A stretch of 62,455 bases of DNA, filler included, from Mycoplasmatota bacterium (GTDB lineage Bacteria > Bacillota_I > Bacilli_A > RF39 > UBA660): NCBI GenBank assembly GCA_012727915.1. It is 5 parts of 5 records of this genome, joined end to end, with 100 filler letters (N's around TTAATTAATTAA, not from the genome) between each part and the next. Parts side by side here need not be neighbours in the genome. Positions count along the whole stretch, not along the records: positions 1 to 7,128 come from JAAYGD010000009.1; positions 7,229 to 16,617 come from JAAYGD010000010.1; 3 more parts are not named here. One strand, given 5' to 3'. This document shows positions 1 to 11,076 of the stretch, piece by piece. Positions within the stretch are counted from its first letter, which is position 1. Each line of letters begins with the position of its first letter. A program made the position numbers and the translations under genes. The notes beneath the pieces are model-generated. The model was not told where the DNA came from. It searched no databases and saw nothing but the letters and a program-made list of their open reading frames with translations.

Positions 1-15
1 AATTATTGTCTCTGT

Positions 16-121
<106 letters not shown>

Positions 122-238
122 CTTTTTTATTTTAAAATAAATATATTAATAAATAAACAATACAATTATTTATTAATATATTTTTTAATTTGACTTTATA
201 TATTAATAATATATAATATTATGAAATAAGGAGTTATT

Positions 239-1055
239 ATGAGTTATTCTATAATTTTAAAAGATCATTATAATGACGATAGAATTCCAAGGGCATTTGG
301 GAACTTTTTTAGTTTAGAATCTTATAGTGTTAAAAATTTAGAATTTTGTATTACAAGTGGAGAACAAAGAAATTTAAAATAATACTATATTTGAACCTTC
401 AAAAAATTTATTAAAAATATTATATACTATAAAAAATAATCCAAGAAATAAAGAACAAAAAGAAATAGGCAAATATACTTCGGATTATTTTGTTAATAGT
501 AATAATATTGATATAAAGTCAGTATTACAATCGATAAATTCTCAATTAAAGGAAATTAATGATAAGAAAATTACTAATCACGATTTTTTGGGAAAAGATT
601 ATTTTTCTTTTTTTGCAACCGGGGGAACATTTTATGGTGATAATTTAGAATGTTTTAATATTGGAGATACTGGTATAATATTACTTGATGAATTTCTTGA
701 TAAAATCTATTCAACGAAAAATGATACAGAAGAAGATGTTCAAAAAAGAAATAAAGATATAGTTTATATATGCCAAGAAAATTTTGGTTCGAATAAATGT
801 AGATCAAATTATAAATCAATATTTAGAAATACTGGTTCTGCTGATGCTTATGGATCTCTTACTGGTGAAAAAGCTGCTTTAGAACATATAGATTATTATA
901 ATTTTTCATTATTGAGTGCAAAATATATTATAGCTTTTTCAAAAGGATATAAAGATATTTTAGAAAATAAAAGCAATTTAGAAGAATTATTAATAAAAGA
1001 AAAAAAGATTAAACCAAAAACTGAAGGTACAATTATTTGCTATAAGAGACAATAA
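239..1055 (+). pseudogene. Frameshifted gene, PP2C-like phosphatase-fold protein
   Basis: AAGGAG + ATG at 239 reads 47 codons to TAA at 380-382; a second frame is open 378-1055 (includes tracked ORF 588-1055); CFNIGDTGIILL resembles PP2C 'N(V/I)GDS'. Confidence 0.5.
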
Positions 1056-1095
1056 AAGATTGTGGAAACAATTTTTTTTGTTATAATAATATTAG

Positions 1096-1557
1096 GTGAT
1101 AAGAATGGAATACAAAATAACTACAAAAAGTGAAGAAGAAACAATTGAATTAGCGCAAAATATAGAATCAGAAAAATTTCCTAATTTGATTATTTGTTTA
1201 GAAGGAGATTTAGGAAGTGGCAAAACTGTTTTTGCTAAAGGTTTTGCGTCTGCTTTAGGTATAGACGAAATAATTACTTCTCCTACTTTTACTTTAATTA
1301 AAGAATATACTAATAGTGAGATGCCATTATATCATATGGATTTTTATAGATTGGATAAATCTCCTGAAGAGATTGGATTAGATGAATATTATAACAAAGG
1401 TGGTATAGTAATAATAGAATGGGCAGATGTTGTAAGAGACTATTTGCCAGAAGAAAGATTAGATATAAGGATAGTGTTATTAGATGAAGATACAAGAATT
1501 TTTGTAATAACTCCACACGGAAAAAAATATATAGATTTATGTGAGGCAGTATTATGA
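1096..1557 (+). CDS. tsaE: tRNA threonylcarbamoyladenosine biosynthesis ATPase TsaE
   Basis: GDLGSGKT P-loop, SPTFTL, HMDFYRL, IEW motifs. Confidence 0.95.
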   Translation: MIRMEYKITTKSEEETIELAQNIESEKFPNLIICLEGDLGSGKTVFAKGFASALGIDEIITSPTFTLIKEYTNSEMPLYHMDFYRLDKSPEEIGLDEYYNKGGIVIIEWADVVRDYLPEERLDIRIVLLDEDTRIFVITPHGKKYIDLCEAVL

Positions 1558-2192
1558 AGACCTTATTTATAGATACATCTTCTAATTATCTAGATGTAGC
1601 TATAATAATCGATGAAACTGTATATGAAAAAAGAATTGAATCAGTAAATGAACATTCAAAACACTCTATAACAGCAATAGAAGCGTTATTTAAAGAAAAT
1701 AATATAAAGCCAAGGGAAATAGATGCCATTATGGTAATAAACGGCCCAGGGTCTTTTACTGGCCTTAGAATAGGCGTTACAATTGCAAAAGTTTATGCTT
1801 GGTCTTTTAATATTAAAGTAATTCCTATATCAACATTAAAAGCTTATGCATTATCTTGTTTAAATTATGATTATTATGTTAGTGTTATAGACGCTAGAAG
1901 AGATTATGTTTATGCGGGAATATATGATTCAAAATATAATTCATTATTAGAAGACCAACATATTAGTAAAGAAAAACTTTATAATATAATAAAAAAATAT
2001 AATAATTGTTTTTTAGTAGGTAATACAAATATTAAGGATATAAAATCTAATGAAATTAAATTAAATATAAAAAAAATATATAATTACTATAAAGATAAAG
2101 AAGGAGTTAACCCTCATAGTTTAATTCCTAATTATTTAAAAAAAGTTGAAGCCGAAGAAAAGTTAGAGGAAAAAAATGATAAGAGAATATAA
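1554..2192 (+). CDS. tsaB: t6A biosynthesis protein TsaB
   Basis: IDTS, GPGSFTGLRIG, DARR motifs; operon context. Confidence 0.95.
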   Translation: MKTLFIDTSSNYLDVAIIIDETVYEKRIESVNEHSKHSITAIEALFKENNIKPREIDAIMVINGPGSFTGLRIGVTIAKVYAWSFNIKVIPISTLKAYALSCLNYDYYVSVIDARRDYVYAGIYDSKYNSLLEDQHISKEKLYNIIKKYNNCFLVGNTNIKDIKSNEIKLNIKKIYNYYKDKEGVNPHSLIPNYLKKVEAEEKLEEKNDKRI

Positions 2193-2586
2193 TGAGTTAG
2201 ATTTTAATAAAGTTAATGTTTTGGGAAGAGATTTAGATATAAATTTTATAATTAAATTAACTCCTGAAAGAAAATGTTATATATATGAAAAAAATGATGA
2301 AATATTAGGCTTTATTACTTTTGATATATTAATAGATAGAGTTGAAATAATTGATTTTATTGTCCATATTAATCATAGAAAAAAAGGAATAGGATCTTTA
2401 TTATTAAATAAAGCTATAGAAGTATCAATAAGTAATAATTGTAAAAGTATTTCTTTAGAAGTAAAAAGTACTAATAAAAACGCAATATCTTTTTATATTA
2501 AAAATAATTTTAAAAATGTTAGCACTAGAAAAAGATATTATGAAAATGGTTCTATTGATGCTTATTTATTATATAGAGAGTTGTGA
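2176..2586 (+). CDS. rimI: RimI-type GNAT acetyltransferase
   Basis: RKKGIG acetyl-CoA motif, LEVKSTN, RKRYY; between tsaB and tsaD. Confidence 0.85.
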   Translation: MIREYNELDFNKVNVLGRDLDINFIIKLTPERKCYIYEKNDEILGFITFDILIDRVEIIDFIVHINHRKKGIGSLLLNKAIEVSISNNCKSISLEVKSTNKNAISFYIKNNFKNVSTRKRYYENGSIDAYLLYREL

Positions 2587-2591
2587 TTATT

Positions 2592-3584
2592 ATGAAAGAT
2601 ATATATATTCTAGCAATAGAAACTTCTTGTGATGAAACAAGCGCTAGTATAATAAAAAATGGAAATATTGAAATTGGAACTGTTGTTTTATCTCAGATGG
2701 ATACTCATAAAAAATATGGTGGAGTAGTTCCAGAAATAGCTAGCAGAATGCATATAGAAAATATTACTTTGGTATTTGAAGAATTATTTGAAAAAACAAA
2801 TTTAAATATGGATAATATAGATTATATTGGTGTTACTAATGGCCCTGGATTAATTGGGTCTCTTTTGATTGGGATTCAAGCCGCAAAGACAATATCATTT
2901 ATTTATAATAAACCATTAATACCAATAAATCACTTACATGGTCATATATATGCTAACAGATTGATTGGTGATTTTAAATTCCCATTAATTGCTTTAATAA
3001 TTAGTGGTGGACATACTGATATTATATATATGGAAAAAGATTTTAGTTTTAAAAAAATTGGAAGTACTAAAGATGATGCAGTCGGAGAAACATATGATAA
3101 AGTTGCAAGAATTATGGATATTTCTTATCCAGGGGGACCTCTAGTAGATAAACTATCTTATGAAGGAAAGCCAATATATAAACTACCTATACCATTAGAT
3201 GATAATTCATATGATTTTAGTTTTAGTGGTTTAAAAACTGCTGTTAGGAACTTATATAATACTTCTCCAAATATTAATAAAGAAGATTTGTGTTCTAGTT
3301 TTCAGGATGTTGTTGTTAAAATAATAACAAAAAAAACTATGAGAGCGGTTAAAGAATATAATGTTAAACAATTACTTATTTCTGGTGGAGTGGCTGCTAA
3401 TTCTGGATTAAGAACTAAATTTAAAGAATTATGTGAAGAAAACAATATAGAATTATTAATACCACCAATTAAATATTGTACGGATAATGCTGCTATGATA
3501 GGTTGTGCTGCTTATTATGCTATAAAAAATGACATATTTTCAGAGAATGAATTGTCTGCTTTTTCGACTACAGATGTAAAATAA
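2592..3584 (+). CDS. tsaD: t6A transferase TsaD
   Basis: IETSCDET, GGVVPEIASR, HLHGH, SGGHT, CTDNAAMI. Confidence 0.97.
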   Translation: MKDIYILAIETSCDETSASIIKNGNIEIGTVVLSQMDTHKKYGGVVPEIASRMHIENITLVFEELFEKTNLNMDNIDYIGVTNGPGLIGSLLIGIQAAKTISFIYNKPLIPINHLHGHIYANRLIGDFKFPLIALIISGGHTDIIYMEKDFSFKKIGSTKDDAVGETYDKVARIMDISYPGGPLVDKLSYEGKPIYKLPIPLDDNSYDFSFSGLKTAVRNLYNTSPNINKEDLCSSFQDVVVKIITKKTMRAVKEYNVKQLLISGGVAANSGLRTKFKELCEENNIELLIPPIKYCTDNAAMIGCAAYYAIKNDIFSENELSAFSTTDVK

Positions 3585-3606
3585 ATATGATATAATTATA
3601 ATTGAA

Positions 3607-5211
3607 ATGAGGTTTATTATGAAAAATAATGTTATTAGACTTATTATTACTTTGGGATTTGGATTTATATATTTTTATGTAACTTTACCACCAATTAATT
3701 TTCAAAATTCGGATTTTTTATTTTTTTTACTAGTTCTTTTAGTAGTATATTTATTAACTGGAGTAGTTGAATTATTAGAAATAAAAAAGATTTTAACTAA
3801 AAGAATTAAACCAAATTTTAAACCAACAGGGTTAGTAGCGATGTCAATTATGCTCATTATATTGCTTCCAATAATAATTAATTTCTTTTTATCTCCTTTA
3901 TTCTTTGCGAAGTCTTATTCAAAGAGAATAGTAGTAGATGAAAACAATGATTTTTCTAAAGATGTTGCTTTGGTTGATTTTAATAAAACTCCTTTAATTG
4001 ATAAAGATTCTAGTATTAAATTAGGAGATAGAGTAATGGGCCAAATGCCTGAACTAGTATCTCAATTTGATGTATCTACTATATATACTCAAATTAATTT
4101 TAATAATGAAATAACTAGAGTTACTCCTTTAGAATATAGTGATTTTTTTAAATATTTAGCAAATAAAAATGATGGTGTAAATGGTTATATTAAAGTAAAT
4201 TCTGTTAATGGTAATGCTGAATTAATTAAATTAAAAGAAGGTATGCAATATCTTCCTTCAGCTTTCTTTTCAAAAGATTTGTATAGAAAATTAAGGTTTT
4301 CTTATCCTACATTTATATTTGATAAAGAAAAGTTTGAAATAGATGATGATGGAGTTCCTTATTGGATAGTTCCAACTTCAAAATTTATTGGTGTAGGCTT
4401 AAAAAAGGAAACATCAGGTATTGTTATATTAAACGCAATAACAGGAGATTCAATTTATTATGATGTAAAAGAAGTGCCTACTTGGGTAGATCATGTTTAT
4501 TCAACCGATTTAATATTAGAACAAATAGATAATTGGGGAAGATATAGAAGTGGCTTCTTTAATTCTATAATTGGTCAAAAAAATGTTATTACTACAACTG
4601 AAGGATATAATTATTTAGTTATGAATAACGATGTATACTTATATACCGGTATAACTTCAGTATTATCAGATGAATCGAATATAGGATTTGTACTTACTAA
4701 TTTAAGGACTAAGGAAACTAAATATTATGCTGTTCCGGGAGCTGAAGAGTTTTCTGCAATGGCTTCTGCTGAAGGACAAGTTCAACAAATGAAATATGAT
4801 GCAACATTCCCTTTATTAATTAATTTAAATAATAAACCAACTTATTTGATATCATTAAAGGATAACGCTGGATTAGTTAAAATGTATGCATTTGTCGATT
4901 TAGTTGATTATCAAAAAGTAGTTGTAACTGATGCTTCTTTAGGTATTCAAAAGGCTGCGGATAATTATTTGGAAGGCAATACTGATTTAGAAGATAACCA
5001 ACTAATTAATGAAAATATAACGATAAAATCAATTGAAATGGCCTTAATTGATGGTAATAGTATATATTATATTATTGATACTAATAACTTGAAATATAAA
5101 GCAAATATTAAGGTTTCTAAAGACAAACTACCATTTATTAAGAGCGGCGATTCAATAGAAATTAGATATGCAATAAAAAAAGATGTTACAGAAATTTTAT
5201 TAATAGAATAA
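3607..5211 (+). CDS. Conserved hypothetical membrane protein (N-terminal TM helices, large soluble domain)
   Basis: 534-aa ORF with three hydrophobic N-terminal segments; no catalytic motif recognised. Confidence 0.7.
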   Translation: MRFIMKNNVIRLIITLGFGFIYFYVTLPPINFQNSDFLFFLLVLLVVYLLTGVVELLEIKKILTKRIKPNFKPTGLVAMSIMLIILLPIIINFFLSPLFFAKSYSKRIVVDENNDFSKDVALVDFNKTPLIDKDSSIKLGDRVMGQMPELVSQFDVSTIYTQINFNNEITRVTPLEYSDFFKYLANKNDGVNGYIKVNSVNGNAELIKLKEGMQYLPSAFFSKDLYRKLRFSYPTFIFDKEKFEIDDDGVPYWIVPTSKFIGVGLKKETSGIVILNAITGDSIYYDVKEVPTWVDHVYSTDLILEQIDNWGRYRSGFFNSIIGQKNVITTTEGYNYLVMNNDVYLYTGITSVLSDESNIGFVLTNLRTKETKYYAVPGAEEFSAMASAEGQVQQMKYDATFPLLINLNNKPTYLISLKDNAGLVKMYAFVDLVDYQKVVVTDASLGIQKAADNYLEGNTDLEDNQLINENITIKSIEMALIDGNSIYYIIDTNNLKYKANIKVSKDKLPFIKSGDSIEIRYAIKKDVTEILLIE

Positions 5212-5316
5212 TTATGAAAATACAAACGAAAGTTTGTGTTTTTTATTAATTAAATATATATAATTTGCTATAATAGAAGATATAAACATTATTATTATAA
5301 TATTAAAGGAGGGTAT

Positions 5317-7128
5317 ATGGATTTGACTTTATTAAATGAAAAACAAAAAGAAGCTGTTACTCATATTAAAGGTCCTCTTTTAATTCTTGCTGGTCCGGGT
5401 TCAGGAAAAACTAGAGTATTAACAAATAAAATTGCGTATTTATTGGAAAACAAATATGCATTGCCTATGCAAGTACTTGCTATTACTTTTACTAATAAAG
5501 CTGCAAAAGAAATGAAAGAGAGATTATATAAATTAATAGGTAATGATACAGCTGATATTCAACTTTCTACTTTTCATTCTTTTGGTTTAAGAATAATTAA
5601 AGAAAATTATATAGAATTTGGTTTAAATAAAGCCTTTTCTATAATTGATGAGAATGATAGTATATCATTGATTAAAAAAATATTAAAAGATTTTAATATG
5701 GATGAAAAGATTTACAATCCTAAATATATCAAGAACAAAATTAGTTCAAGCAAAAACAATTTAGTAGATGTAATAGATTATGGAAAATATGCTAAAGGAA
5801 ATATTGAAGAAAATATTTATAAAATATATAAAAAATACCAAGAAGTATTATTAAGTAATTCTTCAGTAGATTTTGATGATTTATTATTTTTACCTGTAAA
5901 ACTTTTTAGAAGTAACAAAAAAATATTAGATCAATATGTAGAATTATTTAGATATATTTATATAGATGAATATCAAGATACAAATGAAGCACAATATATA
6001 ATGACTAAGATGATAGCGTCTAAATATCAAAATATTACTGTTGTAGGAGATGAATCTCAAAATGTTTATTCCTGGAGAGGCGCTAATTATAAAAATATAC
6101 TTAATTTTGAAAGAGATTATAAAAATGTTAAAACAGTATTGTTAGAACAAAATTATAGGTCTACAAAGACAATATTGAATGCTGCAAATGATGTTATTAA
6201 AAACAATAAGGAAAGAAAAGACAAAAAATTGTGGACTGAAAATGAAGATGGAAGAAAAATTAAATATATTAGAGTAAAAGATGAAAAAGAAGAATGTTAT
6301 ACAGTAATAAAAGAAATAAAAAGATTAAATATAAACATTGATTATAAGAATATGGTTGTATTGTATAGAACTAATGCTCAATCACAATCAATAGAGAAAG
6401 CTTTTTTAGAAAGCAATATTCCTTATAGAATTGTGGGCTCTTATACTTATTATAATAGAAAAGAGATTAAAGATTTAATTTCATATTTAAAATTAATTAA
6501 CAATATAAAAGATAATGTTTGTTTTATGAGATCAGTAAATACTCCTAGAAGAGGAATAGGAAAGAAAACCATTGAAGAATTAGAAGAAAAAACAATTAAT
6601 AAAAATATAAGTCTTTTTGAAGCTATTGAGTCAGGAAAAGAACTTGACTTTAAAAAAATGATATTAGATTTAATTGAAATTAAAGATAAAATTTCACTTA
6701 CTGAATTTGTGGAATTAGTATTAGATAAATCTAGATTAATAGAAGAATATAAAAAAGAAAATTCAATTGAAGCTTTATCTAAGATTGAAAATTTAAGAGA
6801 ATTTAAATCTATTACTAAAGAGTTTGAAGAAAAAACAGGAAATATATCTTTAGAAGATTTTTTAAGTGAAATTTCTTTATTAACAGATTTAAGCGAAACA
6901 AAAGAAGATGTAAATGGTGTATCTTTAATGACTTTGCACTCTGCTAAAGGATTAGAATTTGATGTAGTTTTTATTTTAGGATTAGAAGAAGGAGTATTTC
7001 CTCATATTAATTCTTTTGATGAAGTTGAGGGGTTAGAAGAAGAAAGAAGATTGTTTTATGTAGGAATAACAAGAGCAAAAGATTATCTATATTTATTAAA
7101 TGCACAATCAAGATTATTATATGGTAAT
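5317..7128 (+). CDS. pcrA: ATP-dependent DNA helicase PcrA/UvrD (3' end cut by contig end)
   Basis: AGPGSGKT, DEYQDTN, LEQNYRS, TLHSAKGLEF, EERRLFYVGITRA. Confidence 0.95.
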
Positions 7129-7228
7129 NNNNNNNNNNNNNNNNNNNNNNNNNNNNNNNNNNNNNNNNNNNNTTAATTAATTAANNNNNNNNNNNNNNNN
7201 NNNNNNNNNNNNNNNNNNNNNNNNNNNN
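7129..7228. other. Artificial contig linker
   Basis: N-run/TTAATTAATTAA/N-run, 100 nt, stops in all frames. Confidence 0.99.
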
Positions 7229-8671
7229 GTAGCTTTAAAATTAATAGTAGATAGAGAAGATGAAATAAAGAAATTTAAGAAGGAAGAATATTGGACTATA
7301 GATGCTATATTTAGTGATTTTAAAGCTAGATTAGAAAAATATGGAACTAAAGAATTAAAGATTAATAGTGAATTGGAAGCTAATGATATACTTGAAAAAT
7401 TATCTAAAACATTTAAAATAGAGTCTGTTGATAAGAAAAAGAAAAATAGACAATCTAAACCTCCATTTATTACTTCAACTATGCAACAAGATGCTATATC
7501 AAAATTAAATTTTTCATCTAAGAAAACTATGTCTATTGCACAAAAATTATATGAAGGTATTGATTTAAAAGATGAAACTGTAGGTTTAATTACTTATATG
7601 AGAACTGATTCTATTAGATTAAGTAATGATTTTATTTCTTCTACATATAAATATATAGAGAAGAAATATGGAGAAGAATATACTGGTGCTGTAAAAAAAT
7701 CTAAGAAAACAGATAATGTTCAAGATGCACATGAAGCAATAAGACCTACAAGTATAGAAAGAACTCCTGAAATAGTTAAGCAATACTTGTCTAGTGATGA
7801 ATATAAATTATATAGTTTAATATATTATAGAGCTCTAGCGTCTTTAATGAAGGAAGCTAAGGTAGAACAAACAACAGTAGTATTAGATAACAATAATTAT
7901 AAATTTAAAGCTACAGGTCAAATAATAGTGTTTGATGGTTATTTAAAAGTATATTCTGTTTATGAAAAGAGTGAAGATATAATCTTACCACCTTTAGAAA
8001 AATATAAATCAAATGTACTAACATCATCAAATATTACTAAAGAACAACATTTTACTCAACCTCCTCCTAGATATACAGAAGCTAAGTTAATTAAAGAAAT
8101 GGAAGAATTGGGTATAGGAAGACCTTCTACATATTCAAGTATCGTAGAAACACTTATAAATAGAAAATATGTAGATATTACCGACAAGAAGTTTGTACCA
8201 ACTGAAATAGGAATAGAAACTACAATTAAATTACAAGAAAAATTTAGTGATTTAATAAATGTTAAGTATACTGCGAATATGGAAAAAGAATTAGATGAAA
8301 TTGCAGATAATAAATTAATATGGACAGAATTATTAAATGAGTTTTGGACTTATTTTGAACCAAAAGTTAAGGAGGCTTTCGATACTATGGAAAAAAATCA
8401 AAAAGAAGTTGGAGAGAATTGTCCTGAATGTGGAAGTCCTCTTGTAGAAAAAGTAGGAAAATATGGTAAATTTGTTGCGTGTTCTAATTATCCAACATGC
8501 AAATACATAAAAAAAGAACAAAGAGAAGTAAAAGAATTTGGAACTTGTCCTGAATGTAAAGAAGGAAAAGTAGTTGAAAAAAGAACTAAAAAAGGAAAAT
8601 TCTTTTATGGATGTAATAGATATCCAGATTGTACTTATGCTACATGGAATAAACCTGAAATAAAAGAATAA
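7229..8671 (+). CDS. topA: DNA topoisomerase I (5' end missing) with two C-terminal zinc ribbons
   Basis: Frame open from 7229; LITYMRTDS catalytic Tyr, QDAHEAIRPT, GIGRPSTY, CPECG/CPECK repeats. Confidence 0.95.
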   Translation, partial: VALKLIVDREDEIKKFKKEEYWTIDAIFSDFKARLEKYGTKELKINSELEANDILEKLSKTFKIESVDKKKKNRQSKPPFITSTMQQDAISKLNFSSKKTMSIAQKLYEGIDLKDETVGLITYMRTDSIRLSNDFISSTYKYIEKKYGEEYTGAVKKSKKTDNVQDAHEAIRPTSIERTPEIVKQYLSSDEYKLYSLIYYRALASLMKEAKVEQTTVVLDNNNYKFKATGQIIVFDGYLKVYSVYEKSEDIILPPLEKYKSNVLTSSNITKEQHFTQPPPRYTEAKLIKEMEELGIGRPSTYSSIVETLINRKYVDITDKKFVPTEIGIETTIKLQEKFSDLINVKYTANMEKELDEIADNKLIWTELLNEFWTYFEPKVKEAFDTMEKNQKEVGENCPECGSPLVEKVGKYGKFVACSNYPTCKYIKKEQREVKEFGTCPECKEGKVVEKRTKKGKFFYGCNRYPDCTYATWNKPEIKE

Positions 8672-8723
8672 TATTGACTATTAATAATAATTTTGTTATT
8701 ATTTATTTATAAAAATTTATATA

Positions 8724-8816
8724 CCTTATAAAGATTAGTGGAGGGAACGGGCCCTATGAAGCTAAAGCAACCTTTTAAGTTAGGTGCTAAATCCTGCGGG
8801 AAACCGAAAGATAAGA
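8724..8816 (+). ncRNA. SAM-I (S-box) riboswitch
   Basis: CTTAT...GGAGGGAACGGGCCCTATGAAGC...GCAACC...GGTGCTAAATCCTGC...GAAAGATAAG; upstream of metK. Confidence 0.92.
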
Positions 8817-8826
8817 CTTTTCTAGT

Positions 8827-8855
8827 ACTCTTGGTTTTCAAGAGTATTTTTTTTA
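8827..8855 (+). terminator. Riboswitch expression-platform terminator
   Basis: TACTCTTG-GTTTT-CAAGAGTA followed by a T run. Confidence 0.85.
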
Positions 8856-8878
8856 AGGTATAGGAAAGGAGTATAGAT

Positions 8879-9166
8879 TTGATAAAAGAAATTGAAATAA
8901 TGGATTATAATAATATAAGAAAAATTGCAAAAGTAGAAGATTTCGATAATGTTGTTAGGTTGGAAATAAAAGTATTATCAGGCGATGAAATATTGAAAAT
9001 TTTATACAAAGATTATAGTGTTAAAGCTTTTGATAGCGCTACAAATAGATTTGAAGATCATTTAGATGCTTACTACTGTATCTATGATATTACTAAAAAT
9101 ATTAATCATTTAGATAAGTGGAATAAAAGAACTAGTAGTTATGATATTAAATTGGAGGAAAAATGA
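8879..9166 (+). CDS. Hypothetical protein, coupled to metK
   Basis: AAGGAG RBS + TTG start; ATGA overlap with metK. Confidence 0.75.
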   Translation: MIKEIEIMDYNNIRKIAKVEDFDNVVRLEIKVLSGDEILKILYKDYSVKAFDSATNRFEDHLDAYYCIYDITKNINHLDKWNKRTSSYDIKLEEK

Positions 9167-10308
9167 AAAAAATAATAACATCAGAATCTGTTACTATAGG
9201 TCATCCCGACAAAATATGTGATAGAATATCTGATACAATATTGGATGAATTTTTAAAACAAGATAAAGAATCTAGAGTAGCATGTGAAACATGCATATCA
9301 AATAACTTAATAGTAGTATTTGGAGAAATAACTTCAAAAGGTGTAGTTGATATTAAAAAAACAGTAATAAATACAATAAAGGACATTGGATATAATAAAA
9401 ATAATGGTTTTGATATAGATAAGTGTAAAATTATAATTAATATTAATAAACAATCAGAAGATATAGCATTAGGATTAAAAGATAAAGATATAGGTGCAGG
9501 TGATCAAGGTATAATGTATGGATATGCTTGTAATGAAACTGATACTTATATGCCGCTTCCTATATATTTGGCACACAAATTATCTAAAAGATTAGAATAT
9601 GTTAGAACAAATAATATTATTTCTAATTTAAGACCTGATGGAAAAACTCAAGTAAGTGTCGAATATGAAAATAATATACCAAAAAGAATACATACTATAA
9701 TAGTATCTATTCAACATGATTCAAATATTATAAATTTAAAAAAGAATATTATAAAACATGTTATCTATCATGAAATAACAAATTTAATTGACAAAGACAC
9801 AATAATATTAATTAATCCAACAGGTAATTTTGTAATAGGTGGACCAGAAGGAGATAGTGGTTTAACTGGAAGAAAAATAATTGTGGATACCTATGGAGGT
9901 TACTCTAAACATGGTGGCGGTGCTTTTAGTGGTAAAGATTATACTAAGGTAGATAGAACTGCAAGTTATTATGCAAGATATGTTGCTAAGAATATTGTGG
10001 CATCTGGATTAGCAGGAAAATGCGAAATAGGAGTATCTTATGCTATTGGAATTTCTAATCCTATTTCAATATTTATAGATACATTTAACACTTCAATAAT
10101 TAAAGAAGAAGAATTATTAAAAATTATTAAAAAAGAATTTGATTTTAGACCATTATCTATGATTAAAAAATTAGATATGAAAAACATAGAATATAAAACA
10201 TATTCTTCTTATGGGCATTTTGGAAGAACAGATGTAAATGCTCCATGGGAAAATCTCAATAAAATAAGCATATTAAAAAAATATGTAAATGTAAAACATA
10301 ATAATTAA
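9163..10308 (+). CDS. metK: S-adenosylmethionine synthetase
   Basis: SESVTIGHPDK, GAGDQG, GLTGRK, GGGAFSGKD. Confidence 0.97.
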   Translation: MKKIITSESVTIGHPDKICDRISDTILDEFLKQDKESRVACETCISNNLIVVFGEITSKGVVDIKKTVINTIKDIGYNKNNGFDIDKCKIIININKQSEDIALGLKDKDIGAGDQGIMYGYACNETDTYMPLPIYLAHKLSKRLEYVRTNNIISNLRPDGKTQVSVEYENNIPKRIHTIIVSIQHDSNIINLKKNIIKHVIYHEITNLIDKDTIILINPTGNFVIGGPEGDSGLTGRKIIVDTYGGYSKHGGGAFSGKDYTKVDRTASYYARYVAKNIVASGLAGKCEIGVSYAIGISNPISIFIDTFNTSIIKEEELLKIIKKEFDFRPLSMIKKLDMKNIEYKTYSSYGHFGRTDVNAPWENLNKISILKKYVNVKHNN

Positions 10309-10443
10309 TATGTTTTATATCTGTTAATTATCAAAATTTTAAAATTAAAATTTACAATTTAATACACACCAATATAATTTGCTTGACATTTTACATTAAA
10401 TGTGGTATTATTTGTTCACCAAATGAGGTATAAGGGGGATTAT

Positions 10444-10863
10444 ATGAAAGGGTTTGTTTTTGAATACAAAGATCAAAATGATTTTAACAAAAAAGAAAAA
10501 TCAGTAAAAAAATACAATATGTTGGCATACAAAAAATTATTATTTGAATACTATGAATCATTAAAAAATGGAGTTTTCTTGGGAAAATTAGTATCAAAAA
10601 ATAGTGCTGAAAACAGTAAACATTATGAGTTAACAATACCAACTGATGATATGTTTGTTAAAGTACATGGAGAAATGGTATTACATTATACTGTATACGA
10701 AAATAAAAACATTGTTCTATTAGAAACTATAACTCCTGAAAAGTTATTATTAGAAGGTCATAAATCAGAATTAAAAACATATAAAGGTGTTATGATATCA
10801 AAAGATAATGAAGAAAAAGATATGTTTAAAGTTAATTTATTAAACTCATTAAATAGACAATAA
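10444..10863 (+). CDS. Hypothetical protein
   Basis: TTGACA promoter near 10383, AAGGGGG RBS, 139-aa ORF, terminator after stop. Confidence 0.75.
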   Translation: MKGFVFEYKDQNDFNKKEKSVKKYNMLAYKKLLFEYYESLKNGVFLGKLVSKNSAENSKHYELTIPTDDMFVKVHGEMVLHYTVYENKNIVLLETITPEKLLLEGHKSELKTYKGVMISKDNEEKDMFKVNLLNSLNRQ

Positions 10864-10939
10864 TAATTGTCTATTTTTTATTTTTCAAAAAATGGTTGAA
10901 AATTCATTTACAATATGATATTATTTTAGTTGTCGATGC

Positions 10940-11016
10940 GGACCCTTAGCTCAGTTGGTTAGAGCATCCGGCTCATAACCGGGAGGTCGTAGGTTCGAGC
11001 CCTACAGGGTCCACCA
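10940..11016 (+). tRNA. tRNA-Ile2 (CAT anticodon, lysidine type)
   Basis: Cloverleaf, anticodon loop CTCATAA, GGACCC acceptor stem and body resemble Bacilli Ile2 rather than Met; CCA encoded. Confidence 0.85.
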
Positions 11017-11076
11017 ATTAAAAAAAATAGATTAGCAATAATCTTTTTTTTTATGTTTAATAGATAAGGAGATAAT

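Noticed and set aside
139..184. Long AT-rich inverted repeat after 5S rRNA
   Set aside because: Adequately explained as a terminator-like hairpin in low-complexity AT sequence.
10940..11016. tRNA-Met call for the CAT anticodon
   Set aside because: Acceptor stem and body match the Ile2 type; it lacks initiator features (C1:A72 mismatch, three G-C anticodon-stem pairs).
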